DNA of 64,000 bases from Leidyana gryllorum EB-2025a (GCA_048772705.1 JBLWGC010000213.1:1-64000); one strand, 5' to 3'; shown: positions 20,667 to 33,408, counted from the stretch's first letter. Notes: a model not told the origin generated them from the letters alone. Made by a program: numbers and translations.

Positions 20667-23388
20667 TTATTCGGCTGCAAGCAATACTCGTACTTCGCTT
20701 GGAGCTCGCAGATTAACAATCTCCTCTTGCTGCAATGACGAGTAAAGACCTTCGTAACGGCTGCTCATCTCATCCAGCACTCTCCTCCGAAGGGTCACTC
20801 GCAAACTTCTCGATGCCACTTTATTAATCTAACACAGCACATCCACATATCAATCAAACCTTTCGGCCTCACCAACGTCAACGTAGCGTTACCCGACGGA
20901 CCCAGAAACGCTGCGTGGAAACGAGCCAACGCACCAACAACCTCCGCGTGCGGCAAACGGTTTTGACTCGCGCCTTGCGACTGTGGAGGCACTTGTTGGT
21001 GCTGACGAAATACTTTCCAAAGCCCTGCAGTAAATAGTAAGACGCTAAGGTTCAACCGGCGGTAGAGAGACGGAGGGGGAGGGGGAAGGGAGAGAGGGAG
21101 AGACAACGACACACAGACACACAGACACGCAGATGACTCACCCAACTTTTCGAGAGAAAAGTCGACCTGTGCTCTCACCAAACCGTCCGAGGCGTCTTGG
21201 AGCAATACCTCTAGAGTCCTGTAGCACGGGAACCACTCCCGAAACTCAGCTTGTGAGCTCAGACTCGCCAACATGTAGCTGTAGCTATTGATGGTGAAGA
21301 CTGCTGCCCGTGGCGGGCTGAGTTTCGCTGCCACCTGGCGGCATATATTGATCACCGGAAGGAAAGTGCGATCCAACGTATCATTGAACTCTCTGATCCG
21401 TTCATCGTTCTGGTTGGGGCTCTTGCTGTTCAACAAGACTTGTTGGTCAAAGATTTGAAGGAGACTCCGAACCAATTCCACCGTTTGGGTCACAAACGCC
21501 GGCATTCTCAAAGTTGGAGACCCGATATCCTCGTTAGCGATCTCCTGCATCATCAGAGACTGCACCAAACCGGGGGTAGAGGGGGCACACACACATTCGA
21601 TCGACGTACCCGGCTCTCCAGACTGTTTCGGAAAGCAGCAAAGAAGCCCTCTCGCAGATGGATCAGATATCGGAGAAAGGTTGGCACCCCATCGTGCGGG
21701 AGAGACCCTAAAATCTGTGGAAAGGCTCCCAGATAAAAGTCCAGAGTGTATATCTTGTCGAAGGCGGCCACTGGATTGGCCTCGATACTCTGCAGACTTT
21801 TCCTCACTTCCCGCTGGTGCAGAGCCAAAGCCAAAGGGTCCTCTGCAGCGCTCGCAAAGTCGGGAAAGTCATTTGTATCGAACGGACAGTAAGGCTTCAG
21901 GCTCTCGTGTAAGTCTCGTAGCAGCCCTTCATAAAAGACATACTCCAAGAGACCGGCTGGAGTCAAAAGATCGTCGCCTTCATCGAGTTCGGGGGTCAGC
22001 GGCTCCTTCAATATGTCCAAACAGGACAGAAACTCCTCGGCAAAGGTCTTTTCTTCCTGCGCAATCTGATAAACCCACGCCAAGACGTTACTGATGAATC
22101 TGAGCCAAGATGACGATGACCTTTGATCGAACAATTGATCCTTACGCTGTACTGTCGAGATCGTCGGCCTTCCCGATATACGCCCGGGCGTTCGGACCTG
22201 TTTTATAGTTCGGGGCAGCCTGATCCAAGAAGACGTCTTGTGGCTTGAGTTCGGGCATTCCGATCATCCGCACCCCGGACGTCAATGCCTCGTTGAAGCG
22301 ATACCGGAGCAGTGTCGCCCTCAGCTACCGAAGAAAGTGACAAGTCGCAAAGAAACAACGCGTCCGCGACAAATTCAGCAACGGGTCCAGAAACAGATTC
22401 AGACAGACAGACAGGAGAGAGGACAAAGTTGAACTTACCGCGGCCAACGCCTGGAGGCTCTGTTTTAGATACCGTGGGCGAGACTGGAGCAAAAGTATGG
22501 CCCGATAGAAACTGAGAATGACGTCCTGGACAGAGTTGTCCACATTGGTTGTCGTCACCAATCCAGTTGGTAAGGGGTTCTTCTTGGCTTCGTGGAGTAA
22601 TCTTAGGGAGAAGAATAGCTCTACGACGGCGTCGTTCTGCTCTTCTCGCAGGAATCGGGACACGAGACGTCTGTCAAGAACGACGAGATAGCTGATTTCG
22701 CCCGGCCCTGACTTACTGACAGCAGTTCTGGATGCCGGTGAAGAGTCTCTCGAAGCCCAATTGGACCAATTCATCGAGCGTCGAGGTCGCACATATAGTG
22801 GATCTCGGCAGAGGCTCGCGAGCGACAGTACTGCCGGGTTGCGGTAATAAACAGGTGTGGAGGGGAACGTCCAAGTGTCCGTGCCTTTCCAAGTAGTGTA
22901 GAATCTAAGGCGTTGACACTCATTACTGAGACGTGAGTCAGCCCCACCTTCACCGAGTTATCCTGTTTCTCCATCAACTGTTTGAGGGATAAGAGGTATT
23001 CTGTACTCAGCGGTTCCTTTTGCGTCACCGTGAGGACATCGTTGTCCTCCGGCAATAAACATTGGCGATATTGAGCGCACGCCAACAAATTGGCCTGAAC
23101 GACCTCCCGAGCGCCCTGTAGAGTTTGGGCTTTACTGAGTGTGCTACTCGAAGCTCCTTGGCGGCCGACAGATGCCTCCAGGTTCGCTTTAGCTACAGCC
23201 ACCCTGTCGGCGGCTGCCTGCAGTTGAGTAGCCAGAACGACTAAATCTTCCCTAACAGCTCGAAACGAGCCAAGTGCGCCTTCAACTCGCGCCAGTCGAC
23301 AGTGTCGCAAAGCCAATGCCGGGGGCAAAGCCCCAGTTTCCAAACCTCGAGACAACTCTACCAAACATTCAACGGGGTTAGTGTCCAT
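20667..23388 (-). CDS. COG6: Conserved oligomeric Golgi complex subunit 6 (multi-exon)
   Basis: LRFISNVLAWVYQIAQEEK, AVFTINSY and the C-terminal SRSLRVTLRRRV..RYEGLY..PSEVRVLL resemble COG6; start uncertain. Confidence 0.7.
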
Positions 23389-23580
23389 CAAAAGACCTTT
23401 TTTCACACGAGAACGAAGGAGTTGGCCATGTCAATTTGCTGCAGAGTAATTCAAAGTCACAAAGCTCTCATCAAATTCACACTCACCCGTTGAACCCACA
23501 GCTGCCAGTCCGGAGTAAGATGAAGGAGTCTGTGTGTGAAACAGAGATCGCTCGGGCAAAGTTCGAAATGCGAGTTTGAC

Positions 23581-24756
23581 TTACGCTTGGTACTCAGCGG
23601 TCCAAATGAGATCGCTCTCCTTCATGACGCCGATGCGGACGTACCACAGACGCTTCAGCACCACGACGACCATTTCCAATACCTCCGATGCGCGGTAGTC
23701 GCTAAGAGCAGCCAAGCAGCACTCGCGGTTGGCCCGGGCCTTGTGACTGTCGGCCAGAAGCTGAAGGATACGGATGACTTTGTACAGTCTGGTGAAAGCA
23801 TCATTGACGGGGAGATTGTTGAACGGAAGAAGAGTGATGACCCATTGAGGGTTGGGAGGGGGCACTGAGAGATCAAAGATGGCCGGGAGAGGGACGCCCT
23901 GGAGGACTGAGAGAGGTTGGTTCTGAGTGACTGCCTGCTGAATAACAACGTTGTTCTGCTGAATGGCTGTGGTCTCTTGGATTTTGATGCTGTTGTCAAC
24001 ATTGTTGATGAGGGTGACCTCCTGGGTGAAATAGTTGTTGACAATGTGACCCGGCTCATCCTTCTTGGGCAGAGTACCCTTCCCGAAAGGATCGACCAAC
24101 TTGTTGTCCCCCTCCTCATACGTCGCCGGCTGAGTCACAGACACCTTCTCAGTGGCCACCTCAATGACCTCAGGAGGCACAGTGGGCTCCTCAGCCTCCA
24201 CTTCCGGAGTGCTGCTGATGGGAAGTTCTCCCGGAAGGGTCATCGGAGCGATGGTGGTGGTCACAGGGATCTCGCCGGGCAGAGTCATCGGAGCGATGGT
24301 GGTGGTCACGGGAATCTCGCCGGGCAGAGTCATCGGAGCGATGGTGGTCGACTCGGAGGATGTTTCAGAGCTCTCTGGCTCGGGAACGATCTCAGCGGCC
24401 TGAGAAGTCTCGGGGGCGGACGCCTCGGCGTCCGCTTCATCGTCCGCTTCATCGTCGGTGTCCTCGACCTCCTGGGGCGGAAAGACAATGACTTCCGAAG
24501 TGGAAGAAGAAGTTGTGGTCTCAGCCACTGTAAGCTCTGTTGTCTCTGATTTGTCAGTAGCCTCGATGGTGACAATGTCCTCGGTAGTTTCAAAGTCGAA
24601 AGTGGGAGGCATCGGCATAATGGGATCCTCCACCATTTGAGCTCTCCTCAAAGTGGAGGAGGCCTGAGGGGTGTCAAGAGCTGTTTTGAAGATCGAGATC
24701 GAGAACTAACTCACCGCAGCGCAAGACGCTACTCCGAAAAGAACTAGAAGTTTCAT
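23581..24756 (-). CDS. Secreted mucin-like Thr/Glu/Pro-rich protein
   Basis: Signal exon MKLLVLFGVASCAA spliced (24664-24714) to an acidic T/E/P region with TTIAPMTLPGE repeats and a helical C-terminal domain containing CC. Confidence 0.8.
24225..24348 (-). repeat. 45-nt coding tandem repeat, ~2.7 copies (TTIAPMTLPGEIPVT)
   Basis: gtcatcggagcgatggtggt recurs three times at a 45-nt period. Confidence 0.9.
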
Positions 24757-24827
24757 AGTTAAACACTAGTTTGTGCACGTCGCACGCCAAGCATGCACTA
24801 CCACCATAGCTCATCTTGAATGACTAA

Positions 24828-25468
24828 CTAAGGCTGAGACTCTTCTGGTGCATCCTGGAATCTCACAGCGTCCTCTCCTCCTCCATTCTGGTCGCCTTCT
24901 CCTTCTCCGTCTTCGTCATCGTCGTCATCCTCAGCAGCTTCATCATCTTCCTGTTCCAGGGGCAGATCGATTTCCTGTAATACATCCTTCACCGCCAGGA
25001 ACAGTTGGGTTAGAGAGCTGTGCGGCGGGAGAGGTATATGCGGTTCGGCCAGACTTTGTTGTGAAAGCTGTAACGTACCTATCATCGTCAAGATAGAAGG
25101 ACACTTCTGTAAACTTCAAGTCATCCTCATCCTCACTATCGTCTTCCATGTCATTCAGTCCCCCCCCATTGGTGGTTTCGATCCCAAGTATAGCATCCGG
25201 GCCCTGGAACTGGCAGTATATGTGGGGTTTAGCGGCCTCTTCAGTGCTGCCTTCAGAACTGGTCCCATGGAGTAAAAGGTTGTTCAGTAAAAAGTCAACG
25301 CGCTTATGGACTGCTTCGGGCGTAGAACTTTCATACTTGAGACTGCAACAAATCCCACTTGCAGAAGACCACTTTCACTCACATTCGGTCACTCAAAGTT
25401 AACTTTCCGGGACCCAAGTTGATATCCTCCACTGTAACCCTTGTGGGATGCACTACTAGAATATCCAT
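24828..25468 (-). CDS. CLNS1A: Methylosome subunit pICln
   Basis: Spliced product LGPGKLTL..LLLHGTS..PHIYCQ..acidic tract..TEVSFYLDDDSSLTQLF..RFQDA follows the ICln layout; two introns. Confidence 0.8.
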
Positions 25469-25480
25469 TGTGTCAAAAAA

Positions 25481-26532
25481 TCACAGCACCCGCTTGCGGA
25501 CCGTAGGGTTCCTAGAAGTATCATCTCTCGATTTGTGGACCGTCGCACCCTTCACATTCCTCATCTTTAGTGGAGTTTGGGAACGAGAAGCGGGCCGCCC
25601 GCGGGACTTTAAGGCCCGAGGCACCAGAACAGTACTTAGCACTGCCAGTATGTCCACCGCTCCCATTTGAAGACACTCTCGCATACGACTCGGCTGGCGA
25701 ACAGCTGCTATCATCGCTATACTGCTGTTGATTGACGGTCTCCCCGTTGGCTGCAGCCGGCCAAAGGCAATCAGAGTTGGGGTCACAAAGGTCCTACAAC
25801 ACGTCGTCGTCGTACCTCCTCTCGCTGATGATATCTCACTGCTTACCGGAACATTCCTACTCCCTTGGCCCCTCTCGTCAGCTGAGCCAGCCCAATACCC
25901 CACCAATGAAATGTACTGAGCAGAAACTCCACCATAAGAGCACCATACACAGAGTAGAGAGGCCCGTCATGTTTTAGTGGGACTCCTACGAGGGGGCAAC
26001 AGTCAGTCAGTCAGTCAGGCAGCCAGCTCGATCTCTACCCAAGCTCACCAGATATTGGGTCCCTCAAGTCGGGTAACGCTGGGGCTGTCACAATGCGATG
26101 GATTGCAGATCCGCGGGGACAGGCTGTCTCAAGCATCGTCCAGGTGACGGCAAAGAGATAGACGCCCAGACACACACAAAGGGTGTCCAGGAGGACCTTC
26201 AAAACCCGTATCGGAGCCCTGTTGCGTACCATTGGGAGAAAGACGGCTTCGAGTTCTTTGTTGGCCCCTGTGCTCAGATAAGTGACCCAGAACCATTGAC
26301 ACGTTCCTCCACACACTACACCCAAAATGTCACCGGGCAGGAACCATAGGAACGGCCCAATGGTCGATTTGAGGACAGATGCAGCCCAGAAATACCAAAT
26401 GTGGTAAGTAAAAGCTTCAACTATAATGGCAATGTCTGGTGCCACTCGCGCCAGTTTGTATTCCTCTGGTGGAACAAAGGAGTCTGGTGTTGATATCTCC
26501 ACCCGCGGTGAGGAGGAAGATTTGTCAGTCAT
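25481..26532 (-). CDS. Highly divergent aquaporin/MIP-family channel, 311 aa, 3 exons
   Basis: Introns 25986-26048 and 25794-25846 join three segments in frame; TM1 AIIVEAF, TM4 ALMVEFL, loop B STGANKELEAVF, loop E TGRPSINSSIAM. Confidence 0.65.
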
Positions 26533-26688
26533 CAGAATTACAGAGCACTAACGGGGGGTTTTTGGTTGATTGGTTGGGTGGGTGGGAAGTGTTGGTTAAT
26601 ATCGCATTCACAGCCGTGGTCAAGCGAGCGAGCGAGAGAGAGTATGAGAGAGAGAGAGAGCTATTTCTTCTAAAAGGAGAGTGATCAA

Positions 26689-28562
26689 TCACAGATACAG
26701 GCCTTCAGGAATCTTTCCCTTCTTCCGATAAAGGGCCTTATCCTTAGCTTTTCGGAAATCTGCGTGACATGGCGGTGATGAAAGTACTCAATCCAGTCTT
26801 TCTGCGACTCACCATCCTGTGTGACACGCATTCGCCTCTCTCTGAGCGCCAACAGGCCCGCTTCGGTACACATGGCCTGCAACAAACAGTTTCGATACCA
26901 CTCATCAAGCGATCAAGTCTGGAAAGTACCTTAATATCGGCACCCGAGAGATCGTCTTTAGTCATGATGAACTCCTCGAGGTCCACATCGTCGCCCAGGG
27001 TCATCTTGGATGTATGTATATTGAAAATTCGACGCTTAGTCTTGGAGTCCGGAGCTGGAAGCTCAATCTTCCGATCAATACGCCCAGGACGAATCAGAGC
27101 GGGATCTAAAGCCTCGATCCTGTTGGTGGCCATAACTACCTTCACGTCACCCTTGGCATCGAAACCGTCCAATTGATTCAGAAGCTCAAGCATTGTGCGC
27201 TGGATTTCGCGCTCGCCGCCGCTATGTGCCTCGTACCTGCCATGACACCCCAAACGTAAACCTCAGCAGTCATTGATAACCACCACTCACCGTTTGGACC
27301 CAACGGCGTCAATTTCATCAATGAAGACGATGGAGGGAGCATGTTCCTCGGCCACTCTAAAGAGCTCGCGGACCAGTTTGGGACCGTCGCCCAGATATTT
27401 CTGTATGAGCTCCGAGCCAACAACGCGCAAGAAGGTAGCAGAGGTCTCGTTCGCAACCGCTTTCGCGAGCAGTGTCTTCCCGGTCCCGGGGGGGCCATAC
27501 AGAATGACACCCTTCGGCGGCTTGATGCCAATGTCCTCGTACAATTCAGGATGAACCAGAGGCAGCTCGACTGCTTCTTTGATCTCTTGAATTTGAGTCT
27601 CCAAACCACCAATGTCGCGGTAACTCTCCAACGGAGCTTTGTCCACCTTCATGACCGACACCAGCGGATCCACGTCATTTTGCAGAACTCCAACCACTGC
27701 CATCACCTGTAACCGAGAAACGACAACGATAAACCCAGAAATCCTTCGTAGAAGAAGCTCACCTTGTTGTGCAGCAGCACGTTAGCGTCCGGCACCAACT
27801 GATCTTTGTCCACAATTGACAAAATGTTGACATAGTGGTCTGGACCAACGGCGGATGACACGATGGCGTGATTTTCGTCTATGATCTCGGCCAAAGTGCC
27901 CACGGTCAACGGCGAATCCCGCAAGTCATTTATAATCGCGCGCTCTCTCTGCAGCAGCAAGAATATACCCAATCTTCTTTCGGAGCGGAGACATGAACAT
28001 CAATCGCTATGACAACCGCTAAAGTTCATCGACACCCCACACCACCACCTTATTGTGCATAGGCACAGACACAGGTCTTTTTTGGTCTAAAGACCCTTCG
28101 CAGCAGATGAACAACACACACAGTCGCACACTCACACATTCAGATGGACACAAGTATCGGCACATACTCGCACTCGCACACGCGTAGACAGACACACACG
28201 CACGCACACTGATTCAACGTTCAATGCATTGTTAGACACAGTGTATGTGTATGGCGTACCTCAGCCCTCTCCTCAGGCGGGCGATGCTTCTCCTTGTTAA
28301 GGATGTATTCCTGTTCAAGTAAAAGGAAGTCTTTGACTTTCTCTTGACGCAGTTGGCGTAGTCTACAGCGAGAGGCAGGGGTGATAGCAGGAAGTTTGGA
28401 GGCGCCAACGGTGCCTTTGGTGCGTCGTTGTTTACGCCCTAGGCCGGAAGTGATAGTCTGCTTTTGTGTTTCGAGTCTTCTGGACTTCTCGCGGTCTTGA
28501 CGTTGCTTGTCCTGGTCATCCCCCTGATTGGGTGGGAGGTTTAGCCCGTGCGCGTTGCCCAT
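26689..28562 (-). CDS. RPT2: 26S proteasome AAA-ATPase Rpt2 (subunit 4)
   Basis: MG start, [31 protein letters not shown]-terminal IPEGLYL; five introns. Confidence 0.95.
27972..28125 (-). ncRNA. Candidate intronic H/ACA-like snoRNA in RPT2 intron 1
   Basis: Hairpin (GGTCTTT/AAAGACC core), ACAATA (ANANNA), hairpin (GGGGTG/CGCTCC, ATGAAC/GTTCAT), AAAGAAGA; intron is ~310 nt against the usual 40-60. Confidence 0.35.
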
Positions 28563-28596
28563 ACTTTTTTGTTTTTGTATTAAGGTCAATGGTCTT

Positions 28597-30180
28597 ATGG
28601 CAGAACCGGGCGCGTTAGACGCAGAAGAGTGGTTCGCTTTCTTGGAGGGTCGTTCTCAATGGCACTTTAATTGTCGCGAAAATCGTACTAACCGACTTCT
28701 ACGGGCGCGTACTGTGGTTTTCGGTCTCGAAGATGGGTCGTTATCTTCCTCACTGGAGGTTGGCGAGCCACGCGGTGCGATACAGCAGGGAGCAGATGAC
28801 TCTTCCGACTCCATGGATCCGTATCGACAGTGCCGGCGTCTGGTGGAGCGGGGGAGTGAGTGGTTGTCGACTAGCAGTCGGATGCCGGCGACAGACTTGT
28901 CGAACACCCCATCTGCGAGTGTTCCCCGGCGGCGGTTCCGGCGGAGTACAGCGGTTGTTCCCCGACCGGCCAACCGTCCGGTGGACCTGTTACTCCAATA
29001 TCCATTGGTGCCTGAACTTCTCGCCTCCAGGAGAGAATTTGAGCAAATGTTAAGCCGATCGGAGCGATTATGCCAACAGGGTAAACCTTTCCTTCCGGCC
29101 TCTACGCCGTTACCCAACTTCCGCGAGGATTTGTACGTTGCGTTTCATGCAAGTGTACACTCGATGAAAGGTCTGCAAGAGAATCAAGACTTTTGTTGGC
29201 GCCCGAAGGGGCATAAGTGCCATTTAATGCATCTACTCTTACTTCCGACTTTTGGGTCGCACCTTCTGGTTCTCTCCTCTCCACTATCGAGGATGACTGT
29301 CCAGCAGCTTCTCAAGGTGCACAAACTATCCCACATACGCCTCGGGTCGCCGCCCGGGCTGGATATGACGGAGCTCTTCCGAGTCGCTGCGGCCGGCGGT
29401 ACCCCGCTGCCGAGCGAGCTGCGTCGGAGACGGCGGACTACGCGTCGGAGTAAGCGTCAGAGTCTGCGACACGCGCTTAGCTGTATGTGTGGACGTCGTA
29501 CGGGGAGTGTGCGCGCGGGGAGTTGTGTGGGAGTATCTGACATGCGAGTGGAGGAGAATCCGACGTCGTCGTCTGCGACAGTTCGTACTCCTCCCGCTGA
29601 TGAAGGACCAATGAGACGTCATAATAGTAAACGTCTGGTGGGATTGAGTGAGGCTGAGGAAACAACTCGTGCCGAGTCACCTGATTCCCAGTTGTTCTCT
29701 GATTCAGACGACAATAGCGATCAACAAAACAATGTATTTGGCGAAGGTTTGCGTAATCCGATAACGCGTTCGACTTCAAGTCTGTTGGGCCCACAAAGGC
29801 CGTCTATTCGAACCTTCCTTAATATCGAAAGAGCTCCGAAAATCACACTGATTGACTCGAAAACGCTCTCGGTGCTCAGTCGGCTTAATGAAACACCACA
29901 ACGTGATCTACATTTGTTGCCCAATACTGCTAACGGTTCTGGGGTTCTGCTGCATGGCTCACTCGCTGTCGCCTACAACCACGCCCGAGTCCTATCACTG
30001 TTCATGGACGAACTCCCAGCACCTTTGGTATTCCTCACTTCGTCCCCGGCACAAACGTCCCGAGTGCTGCAAGGACTCGCTCTGTCGTACTACTTCCTGG
30101 ATCGAAACTATCTCCCCCTCGAGGTCTCAGAACCGCTCCTGGATAGTTTTGGCGCTGGACGCCGTCGCAGCAGCATCTAA
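28597..30180 (+). CDS. Hypothetical protein, 527 aa
   Basis: Long open frame with Arg-rich patches; no family recognised. Confidence 0.75.
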   Translation: MAEPGALDAEEWFAFLEGRSQWHFNCRENRTNRLLRARTVVFGLEDGSLSSSLEVGEPRGAIQQGADDSSDSMDPYRQCRRLVERGSEWLSTSSRMPATDLSNTPSASVPRRRFRRSTAVVPRPANRPVDLLLQYPLVPELLASRREFEQMLSRSERLCQQGKPFLPASTPLPNFREDLYVAFHASVHSMKGLQENQDFCWRPKGHKCHLMHLLLLPTFGSHLLVLSSPLSRMTVQQLLKVHKLSHIRLGSPPGLDMTELFRVAAAGGTPLPSELRRRRRTTRRSKRQSLRHALSCMCGRRTGSVRAGSCVGVSDMRVEENPTSSSATVRTPPADEGPMRRHNSKRLVGLSEAEETTRAESPDSQLFSDSDDNSDQQNNVFGEGLRNPITRSTSSLLGPQRPSIRTFLNIERAPKITLIDSKTLSVLSRLNETPQRDLHLLPNTANGSGVLLHGSLAVAYNHARVLSLFMDELPAPLVFLTSSPAQTSRVLQGLALSYYFLDRNYLPLEVSEPLLDSFGAGRRRSSI

Positions 30181-32830
30181 GTTGATGACGAACACGAAGC
30201 ACCACCACTTAGTAATCCCCTCCTCTCTGTCCATTTACGCCTCTCTTCCTCTTCCCACTCGTTCCTGGGGGGTGCCTCACAGTAACTGATGCACCAGCCT
30301 CCACAGTATCCCTTGATCATAGCCCGTGAGGTTCGCTCCACGTCTGGCACACCTCCTTTTCCTCTCACCAGATACCCCCTCTTCTCGGCGATTACCTCTA
30401 TCGCTTCGCGAGGTTTGGTGGCCAATCCCCGCACATCCAACATGCGTTCCAGTGCCGCAAACTGACCAGCGACACCATAAACCTCCTCAATTTGGTATTG
30501 AATCCTTTCCAACAAACATCCGACTGGCCCCACCAACGTTCCCCGATACGTATCAACCGACATTACATTGCCAATCACCAACTCTTCCTTGCGATGAGCT
30601 GTAGTCGGGAACACCAAACCTAAAACATTGAAACGCCATAATAAACAGCTCCTCCAATACAAAAACGTTCGTTACCTGGACAATCACAGAGAGTAAAAAT
30701 CGAGTTGGGCACTTCCAGAGTCTGCAGATGCCGAGTCTTGCCGGGTGTACGACTGATCCCAACACGCTTTGTCCCCCTCAGCAACGAATTAATGATACTG
30801 GATTTACCCACGTTCGGGAAACCTGTTGTTCCAATCACTGGACGCAGCAGACATCGCCGACCACCGCTCGCGCTTCCAGGAACAACGTCTGCCCCCTCCT
30901 CAACTATCGCTTCTTCCAACTCGAGTGATTTGCTCGGGCCCAGAAGACTGCTCAAAAGATCTCGGCGCACTTTCGCAACCATTTCTTTGCTCAGCTCAAT
31001 CGGTCTGATGGCACCATTAACACCCGTCGACGACAAATTCTCTCCCTCCCCATCAGACTCTTCTCCTTCGTTATCGGTGGCCTTTGCCTCGGCCTCGGCC
31101 TCGATTTTGGCCTCAGATGCTTCTCCAGCCTCCTCTTCCTCACTCTCCTCCTCGTCAAACTGCTCGGTGGCACCTTCTTGGGCCGGATCCCAGGGATCGA
31201 TCACATTGAGAGCGTTGCGACGGAGAGCCACGTAGATCTCGAGTCGTTCTTGTTGGGGAAGAGTCTCGGTGAGTTTGGCGAGATGGGTATAGAGAAGCTG
31301 AGCCAATTTGTACCGCCTTTGTTTTTTCTCCAGAATCACTGAGCCTCTCTCGTCGAGATAGTGCACGAGTTCATCCAGATCGAAAAAGTCAGCCGTCTTC
31401 TCCATTGCAGCAACAGAGATAAACTTCTTACCGCCGTGGCCTTCGGCCATGTCGCCAGGCGAGGGCTGGTGGGGAGCGGCGGCCTTGGCTTCACTGCTCG
31501 AACTTGTGACATCCTCACTGGTGGTGTGGGACGACTTGTTGTCGTCGTCATCCCCATTTCTGGGCATTTTTTGAGGAGAGGTCTCGACGGCTCCACTTTG
31601 GACACTCGTTGGACCTTCGCTGCTCTCCTCACTCTCACTGTCCTCTTCGACGAGAGCGGCAAAGTTTGCGTTCCGTGGACGCTCGAGGATCTCCTCTTCT
31701 TCGTTTGCTTTGGACTCTCCGCTGTCGTTCTCGTCGCCCTCCGCTTTGCAGTCGTCGTCCTCCTCCTCGTCGGACTGGGAGGAGAGATTGTTGAGGAGAC
31801 GGCGAGAGAGTCGGTTGGCCGAGTCGTTTTGTTGGATTTCCAGCTCTCTGGCGGCAGAGTAGAAAATGACGTCGAGCTTCTGGGCTTCAAAGTAGTCTTT
31901 CCATATCTTCCTCTGCATCGGGGAGAGGAAATCCGTCTTATTCATCAACAGGAGGACCTCGCGGTTCATCTCGGTGACCAAATCCTCGAGAGGTTTGCAG
32001 CGGAAAAGGAGTGGGTTTCTGGCGTCCACAACCTCAATGACGAGATCGGATCGCTCAATGGTTCGCCACAATTGTTTCCAATAGGCGAGATTCTTCTCAT
32101 AGGGAGCGATAACGCGGCTGTCCTCGGCGTTAGCAATATGCTTTCTCCAGCGGGAGAAGGCCGCGGACTCCTCCTTGTCGAGCTCGTCAGCTGTCAAGAA
32201 GGGAGCAAAGTTTTCACGTCTTTCAAAGTAGGTGGTGATGGCCATTTTGAGGATAGAGACGTCATTGCATTTGAGAGCGTAGGACAGAGCGACGTCCTTT
32301 GTTATCTTCTTATCGGCCTCGCCGGTCTCGGCAACGAAGGCCTGTTTGCCAAAGGCAGCGGCGAAATCGATGACTCGGTTCGCAGGGTCGCGGAAGAGGA
32401 ATGGACGTCGCGGCAACGGCAAATCAGCCAATACATTGGTCGGTTTGAAGAGGGAAGAATTATTGATAGTGCCAAAGAGAGACGAAGCGGTCCCTTTGTG
32501 CTGTACAACCGTGGGGGTCTCGATAGAAATGAAGCCCTGACCCCGAGTTTTGACGACCAAATTGCGCGACTCGGCGTAACTATTCTGTTGCGCTAAGGTC
32601 TGAGCAAAGTAGTCATCGAGGTCCTGCGCCTCGAGACAGGATGATTTAGCCTTGTCCGCCGATACAAAGTCCATAACTTGAATTTGCTTGGTGGGGCCAT
32701 CTCCAACAGCTCGTAGACGGTCTGGGTCGGGTCGTTGGAAGTCGAAGCAGCCCACTGCCTTATTCTTGCCCAAAGACAGACCGAATCCGCCGCCCTTCTG
32801 GGCTCCACCGCTCTTACGGCCACGCGGCAT
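30177..32830 (-). CDS. LSG1: Large subunit GTPase 1 (circularly permuted GTPase)
   Basis: PYEKNLAYWKQLWRTIERSDLVIEVVDARNPL, NKTD, GFPNVGKSS, DCPG|LVFP across intron 30620-30675. Confidence 0.93.
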
Positions 32831-32862
32831 TGCCAAAAAAAGCTATAGATTTGTCAGCTATC

Positions 32863-33400
32863 ATGCCCGCCCTTCAACTGTATTTGACAGCTGAATTCGA
32901 TGAAAATATAGAAAGCATCGAAGTGCCTCCAGAATTCACATACTGCTTCGACGTACAACAGTCTGCTGGATCTGTAAGCCCTATTCACTCGTTGTGCTGA
33001 CCACCCATACAAACACCTCCTTGGCCTTTTTGGCTAACGACAGGAAGTCCGCCAACAAGTGACTCTGAACCGACTGTCAGAAGAAGATGTCCCAAATTCG
33101 CGCGGGAAGTGTCATCTGGTTGTGTCCTTTGATAAGAGGCCGTCCACCATTACTATTGTAAACAATTCAAAGAAGGCGAATCCTATTCTGAAAGAGTCAA
33201 ACAAATGTCAGTCGGTTGCTGAATTCGACTGCCGCGGGATGGAGCCTATCAAGTTTCACGTCGGTAAAGGGTTCCGCGTCAGAAGCACAAGCGGAACCGT
33301 TTGGGAAGATGTGGACCTCAGCGACAGCTGGGCCGAGTATTGTGAGAAAGGAGAGTGTTGCGTGTGTGTGGGCAAAGTAGACTGGAAAATTGCGCCATAA
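32863..33400 (+). CDS. DUF866 / UPF0587 (C1orf123-like) protein
   Basis: SRGKCHLV, AEFDCRGMEPIKF, SGTVWEDVDL..WAEYCEK; one intron ~32974-33044. Confidence 0.85.
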
Positions 33401-33408
33401 TCATCACA

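Noticed and set aside
23389-23430. COG6-like residues (LLRSRVKK) upstream of the first in-frame ATG, with an out-of-frame ATG at 23429
   Set aside because: Cannot separate an indel error from a start at 23388, which has the usual A6 tract just upstream
31361-32596. 411-aa antisense ORF over LSG1 (likewise 57117-58220 over XRN2 and others)
   Set aside because: Shadow frames opposite conserved genes, expected from codon bias
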